Assembly (NCBI GenBank): GCA_044373665.1
Contig: JBIPNH010000006.1
Location: forward strand, 1 to 51,769
Length of the DNA: 51,769 bases
DNA from: Bacteroidia bacterium
Lineage (GTDB): Bacteria > Bacteroidota > Bacteroidia > NS11-12g > UBA955
Direction of reading: 5' to 3'
The notes under the pieces were generated by a model. That model worked only from the letters and a program-made list of their open reading frames with translations, was not told the DNA's origin and did no database searches. Below, piece after piece: positions 47,368-51,769 of this stretch (position 1 is its first letter; each line of letters opens with the position of its first letter). Both the position numbers and the translations under genes were made by a program.

Positions 47368-48858
47368 TTATCTGCTGTAGTTTGGCGCTTCTTTAGTAAT
47401 TTTTATGTCGTGAGGATGGCTTTCTTTGATACCAGCGTTACTAATTTTGATAAACTGAGCTGTTTGTAAATCTTGAATAGTACCTGCACCGCAGTATCCC
47501 ATACCGGCTTTTAAACCCCCTACATACTGGTAAATCACTTCGCTTACCTTTCCTTTGTATGGCACTGTACCAACAATACCTTCGGGAACTAATTTCGAGA
47601 TTTCAGATTCAGCATCTTGGAAATAGCGGTCTTTACTGCCTTCTTTCATGGCTTCAATACTACCCATTCCACGGTATGATTTTACCATTCTACCTTCGTA
47701 AATATTAGTATCGCCAGGACTTTCATCAGTACCAGCAAACATACCACCAGCCATAATAGAACTAGCCCCTGCAACAATAGCTTTTACTAAGTCACCGCTG
47801 TATCTAATGCCACCATCTGCAATAACAGGAATACCAGTGTCTCTTAAAGCATCAGCGCAGTTCATAATAGCGGTCAGTTGAGGGACACCAATACCAGCAA
47901 TAATTCTTGTGGTACAAATGCTGCCCGGACCAACCCCAACTTTTACTGCATCAGCACCCGCTTTTGCTAATTCCAAAGCAGCTTCACCAGTAGCTATATT
48001 GCCTACAATAACATCTAATTTTGGAAATGCTTTTTTAATTTTCTTTAATTCAGTTACAACGCCTTTAGAGTGACCATGTGCAGTGTCTAAAGTAATAACA
48101 TCAACTTCCGCATCCACTAAGGCTTTAACACGTTCTAAGGTATCGGCAGTAATGCCCACAGCAGCACCAACGATTAAACGGCCAAACTTGTCTTTACAAG
48201 CACGGGGATGGCTTTTTAATTTTTGAATGTCTTTATATGTAATTAATCCTGCTAATTTGCCTTTTTTATCAATAATTGGCAATTTTTCAATTTTATGTTT
48301 TTGAAGAATAGATTCAGCTTTTGCTAAATCGGTTCCAATTTCGCCAGTTACTAAACCTTTGGTGGTCATCACTTCGGAGATTTTTTTCGAAATGTTTTTT
48401 TCAAATCTCAAGTCGCGATTGGTGATAATACCAACCAAATTATTTTTAGTATCAATAATAGGAATACCGCCAATGTGGTGTTCTTTCATTAATTTAAGAG
48501 CATCATTTAAAGAAGAATCACCTGTAAGAGTAATTGGGTTTTGAATCATCCCACTTTCACTTCGTTTTACTTTAGACACTTCTTTTGCTTGTTGAGCAAT
48601 AGTCATGTTTTTATGAATGATACCAATTCCGCCCTCACGAGCTACAGCTATAGCCATGCCACTTTCAGTAACAGTATCCATAGCAGCCGAGATAATCGGA
48701 ACATTTAAAGTAATATTTTTAGTTAATTTCGTTTGAGTATTAACATCTCTTGGAAGAATTTCACTGTAACGAGGAAGTACTAATACGTCATCAAAAGTAA
48801 GACTGTCAGAAATGATTTTGTTTTGGATACTAAACGAATTTTTTGTTGTTTTAGCCAT
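47368..48858 (-). CDS. guaB: IMP dehydrogenase
   Basis: [16 protein letters not shown], a CBS pair, [31 protein letters not shown] box at 48888-48895 (minus strand). Confidence 0.98.
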   Translation of the reverse strand: MAKTTKNSFSIQNKIISDSLTFDDVLVLPRYSEILPRDVNTQTKLTKNITLNVPIISAAMDTVTESGMAIAVAREGGIGIIHKNMTIAQQAKEVSKVKRSESGMIQNPITLTGDSSLNDALKLMKEHHIGGIPIIDTKNNLVGIITNRDLRFEKNISKKISEVMTTKGLVTGEIGTDLAKAESILQKHKIEKLPIIDKKGKLAGLITYKDIQKLKSHPRACKDKFGRLIVGAAVGITADTLERVKALVDAEVDVITLDTAHGHSKGVVTELKKIKKAFPKLDVIVGNIATGEAALELAKAGADAVKVGVGPGSICTTRIIAGIGVPQLTAIMNCADALRDTGIPVIADGGIRYSGDLVKAIVAGASSIMAGGMFAGTDESPGDTNIYEGRMVKSYRGMGSIEAMKEGSKDRYFQDAESEISKLVPEGIVGTVPYKGKVSEVIYQYVGGLKAGMGYCGAGTIQDLQTAQFIKISNAGIKESHPHDIKITKEAPNYSR

Positions 48859-49191
48859 GCAAATAGTTAGATAGGTTATTTGCGGTGCAAAGATAAGAGT
48901 TTTATTTGAATTTTAAAACTGCATTGTAATGGCATAAACTAATAAATACTTACTTTGTGATAAATTATTGATATTGAATTTGAAAATCAATAGATTGTGC
49001 GTTTAAAAAAATATTTTCCAAGCAATGGTTCATGTCAAACCAGTAAGGCATTTCATTGATAGAATCAAAGGCGCGGGTTGTGTTAAAAGCTACTTTTTTA
49101 TTGGATAGGTTTAAATGTTTAATGAAGAATAGATTTAGAATGGATTTTTTTATTTTTTATTTTAATGTTTGATATTTGAGGTTTTTTGGTT

Positions 49192-49220
49192 TAAATTTGT
49201 TTTGTCATAATTTATGACAA
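49192..49220 (+). promoter_or_regulatory. -7 promoter box followed by a perfect inverted repeat (candidate operator)
   Basis: TAAATTTG at 49192-49199; TTGTCATAA-T-TTATGACAA at 49202-49220. Confidence 0.55.
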
Positions 49221-49237
49221 CTTAAAAAACTTAAAAA

Positions 49238-49717
49238 ATGAAAAAGAACTTTCTAAAAATCGCAGTAATTATATTCTTTGTAATGGGAATTAATTCAAAT
49301 TTAAAAGCGCAAGCAGGGGGTAATGTTTGTCCACCTGGTAGTTGCCCACCTTGTGCAACTACCAGTTTTTCATCTTCGCCACTACTGCCCCCTGGATGTC
49401 AATTATATTGGTATTGGAGATATGGAGGTACTCCAAATTGTGGAGATGTATTTGCTTGGACAAACACGTTACCATCAGCTTCTTTGACTGGACCATGTAT
49501 GCGATGTACAGATTCTGATCCATGTCGATGTCCGGAATATATATACCTTACAGATGGGATTAATACTCTATTCATCTCAAATATTGCTTCTTTAACTGGA
49601 ATTGGGCCTTATCCGTTTACTTTCACATATCCAGCATCTTCTATTAATTGTGGAAATTTTATTATTACAATCACTGTAAATGGTCCTAACAATTTTAGTA
49701 TTTCAACTGCTCCTTAG
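49238..49717 (+). CDS. Small secreted Cys/Pro-rich hypothetical protein
   Basis: Signal peptide ending LKA-Q; CPPGSCPPC and CMRC...CRC motifs. Confidence 0.7.
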   Translation: MKKNFLKIAVIIFFVMGINSNLKAQAGGNVCPPGSCPPCATTSFSSSPLLPPGCQLYWYWRYGGTPNCGDVFAWTNTLPSASLTGPCMRCTDSDPCRCPEYIYLTDGINTLFISNIASLTGIGPYPFTFTYPASSINCGNFIITITVNGPNNFSISTAP

Positions 49718-49741
49718 GTATACTCTATTTAATTAACAATT

Positions 49742-49788
49742 TGCCTAATTCAATATTTTAAATTAAATTTATTGTATTAGGCATTTTT
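49742..49788 (+). terminator. Intergenic stem-loop with T tract
   Basis: TGCCTAAT-T-CAATA...TATTG-T-ATTAGGCA followed by TTTTT. Confidence 0.45.
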
Positions 49789-49797
49789 AAAATATAA

Positions 49798-51769
49798 ATG
49801 AAGATTACATTATTCAATACATTGGTTTTTTTTAATTTGCTGATTAACATTAGCTTAAATGCTCAATTAATGAATGAAAATTGGGTTTTATCAAATGGAA
49901 GGAAAATAAATTTCAAACAAAAAGAAGTGAATTTTTTTAAAAACGAATTTGATAGCAATAATTTTTATAAACTATGTAGACTATCTTCATTTACTAATGG
50001 TGATAATAAAGTTATACTTTTAGCTAATTCAGACTCAATTATTAACGAAGATAAAAAAAAAATCGTTGATTTAAATTTACTAAATACTACTAATAATGGA
50101 AGTATTTATCAATTTGAAAGTTTCCCCTTTGAATCTTTTGTAGTTAAAAAACCTAATTCTACTAATGTGTTATCTTTTAGGGTATCAACAAATTATTTCT
50201 TTAATAATCTAAACTCAAGTTTCCCTTACGCTAAACTAACATGTGCTGAAATCGACCCTTATTTTAACAACAATCAAGGTAGATTAGTAAATAATAAGTT
50301 ATTGAGAAATGATTGTTCTGGCAGTTTTAGGGTTGTTAAACATCAAAATAACAAAGATTATTGGTTGTTAGTTGCCAACGTATTAAAACATGAAATTTAT
50401 AGTTATCTAATTAATGAAAATGGAGTTTCAAATTCCCCTACAAATGTATTTAAATTGTTAGATTTTAACTTAAATTTAACCGTTCAATCTGACATAAAAG
50501 TTTCACCAAACAATCAATTAGTTTTACTAAATGTAAATTATGGTAATAGTATTAATTATGGGACTCCCACTAATTTACTTTTATTAAATTTTAATAATAA
50601 TAATGGGGCTTTTTCATTTCAAGCTAAAACCAATTACAAATCATCTATTTATTCATTTTATACAATAGATTTCTCGCTCAATTCAAAGTATGTTTATTGT
50701 CAAATAGACTCTTCAAATAAATCTTTAGCTTTTATTAATGGATTGTATGCTTTGAAAATCAATGACATTGATACCAATATATCATTGTTCAATAAAACTT
50801 TGATTGGAAATTTTTTAACTATTGAATTGAAAAATGGGCTTGATAATCACATGTATTTAGCTAAGCAAAATTACCAATTCGATATAAATAATTTTGATAT
50901 TTATAATAGAAATTTATTTATTCTTAAATATAATAATTCTCCAACAAAAGCATATATAAAAAATTTTAATTATACAGATACATTGTCTTCGTTACTACCT
51001 CAGTTTAGAATCTTTCCCAACACCATCCACACCTCGTATTCTTTTATCATTCATCCAGACACTGCTTGTCAAAATTTTCCCATTCGGTTTGAAGCCAACA
51101 ATGGCTATGCTGATTCTTTTATTTGGAATTTTGGAGATGGTAGTACTCAAACATTTGGTGAATCAGATTCTATCTATCACTCATACTCCAAAAGTGGAAA
51201 ATACAATGTGTTTGCCATTCACATTGGAGATGGTAATAATGATACCATTTTTTCTCAAATAGAAATAATTAACGCCCCACCCATCCAACTTGGTTCCGAC
51301 ACCCTCATTTGTCAAAATAAACCCTTAAACCTATTTGCTGATACCATACATTATCAAACCTTTTTATGGAATACTAATGATACCTCTTCGTTTCTAACGG
51401 TCAATCAATCGGGCTTGTATCATGTAAAAGCGAGTAATCCATATTGTGCCAGTTATGATAGTGTATATGTTGAAACAGTGAATTGTAATTATAAAGTACA
51501 AAAAACATGTTTTAAGGATACTACCACATTTACATTTGAAGAACTTAATTTAGATTCAATTTTATTGAAACAAAATAATCAAACATTAAAGTCAAGCATC
51601 CATTCAGAATTTCAATACACCTTTACCAAAAAAGGTCAACAAGATATTCAATTAAAACTTTATAAAAACAATCTATATGCCACAATAGATGTTCCCTTAA
51701 AAATTGATACCATCATAACGCCCCCAATTATAACGGATACGCTCATTTGCAGGAATACCTCGTATGATG
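49798..51769 (+). CDS. Large secreted protein with beta-propeller-like N-domain and PKD domain (3'-truncated; not in the ORF track)
   Basis: Manual translation begins MKITLFNTLVFFNLLINISLNAQ (signal peptide) and includes HQNNKDYWLLV, PKD IWNFGDGST...HSYSKSGKYNV and PPIQLGSDTLIC in the same frame. I saw no stop before the window end. Confidence 0.8.
   Translation, partial: MKITLFNTLVFFNLLINISLNAQLMNENWVLSNGRKINFKQKEVNFFKNEFDSNNFYKLCRLSSFTNGDNKVILLANSDSIINEDKKKIVDLNLLNTTNNGSIYQFESFPFESFVVKKPNSTNVLSFRVSTNYFFNNLNSSFPYAKLTCAEIDPYFNNNQGRLVNNKLLRNDCSGSFRVVKHQNNKDYWLLVANVLKHEIYSYLINENGVSNSPTNVFKLLDFNLNLTVQSDIKVSPNNQLVLLNVNYGNSINYGTPTNLLLLNFNNNNGAFSFQAKTNYKSSIYSFYTIDFSLNSKYVYCQIDSSNKSLAFINGLYALKINDIDTNISLFNKTLIGNFLTIELKNGLDNHMYLAKQNYQFDINNFDIYNRNLFILKYNNSPTKAYIKNFNYTDTLSSLLPQFRIFPNTIHTSYSFIIHPDTACQNFPIRFEANNGYADSFIWNFGDGSTQTFGESDSIYHSYSKSGKYNVFAIHIGDGNNDTIFSQIEIINAPPIQLGSDTLICQNKPLNLFADTIHYQTFLWNTNDTSSFLTVNQSGLYHVKASNPYCASYDSVYVETVNCNYKVQKTCFKDTTTFTFEELNLDSILLKQNNQTLKSSIHSEFQYTFTKKGQQDIQLKLYKNNLYATIDVPLKIDTIITPPIITDTLICRNTSYD

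Noticed and set aside
1-51769. tRNA, rRNA, riboswitch, IS or integrase
   Set aside because: I recognised no cloverleaf, rRNA-like GC-rich block, known riboswitch core, or transposase/recombinase motif. An Infernal/Rfam scan would be needed to exclude divergent ncRNAs.

Overview
AT-rich (about one third GC, estimated by eye) chromosomal window from a member of the Bacteroidota. The assignment rests on TAnnTTTG promoter boxes, the absence of Shine-Dalgarno motifs, a T9SS C-terminal sorting domain and rpmB-rpmG-DUF4295-ftsY-rimO synteny. Most of the window is housekeeping or envelope genes: exbB/exbD, radA, M16 and C1B peptidases, kynU, prmA, folA, mce, a TonB-dependent receptor with DUF4249, iscS-iscU-iscA, recR, a NamZ-like hydrolase, bshC, an OmpA-family protein, dapD, a PPIase, apbE and guaB. 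Two large secreted PKD-domain proteins are cut by the window edges. I found no rRNA, tRNA, CRISPR array, integrase or transposase. The best candidate for a new system is a ~1.7 kb islet (15.4-17.2 kb). There a small phage-type Dam-like adenine methyltransferase faces a PLD nuclease fused to a DpnI-type m6A-reading winged-helix domain, which is translationally coupled to a 67-aa ORF. GATC looks strongly depleted across the window, yet two GATC sites bracket the methyltransferase promoter. Other notable items are a two-component pair with apparent internal deletions, a thioester-domain-like secreted protein, a dense cluster of REP-like and heptamer repeats, and G-rich repeats plus a duplicated leader module inside the isc operon. 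All calls come from motif recognition only; no searches were run.
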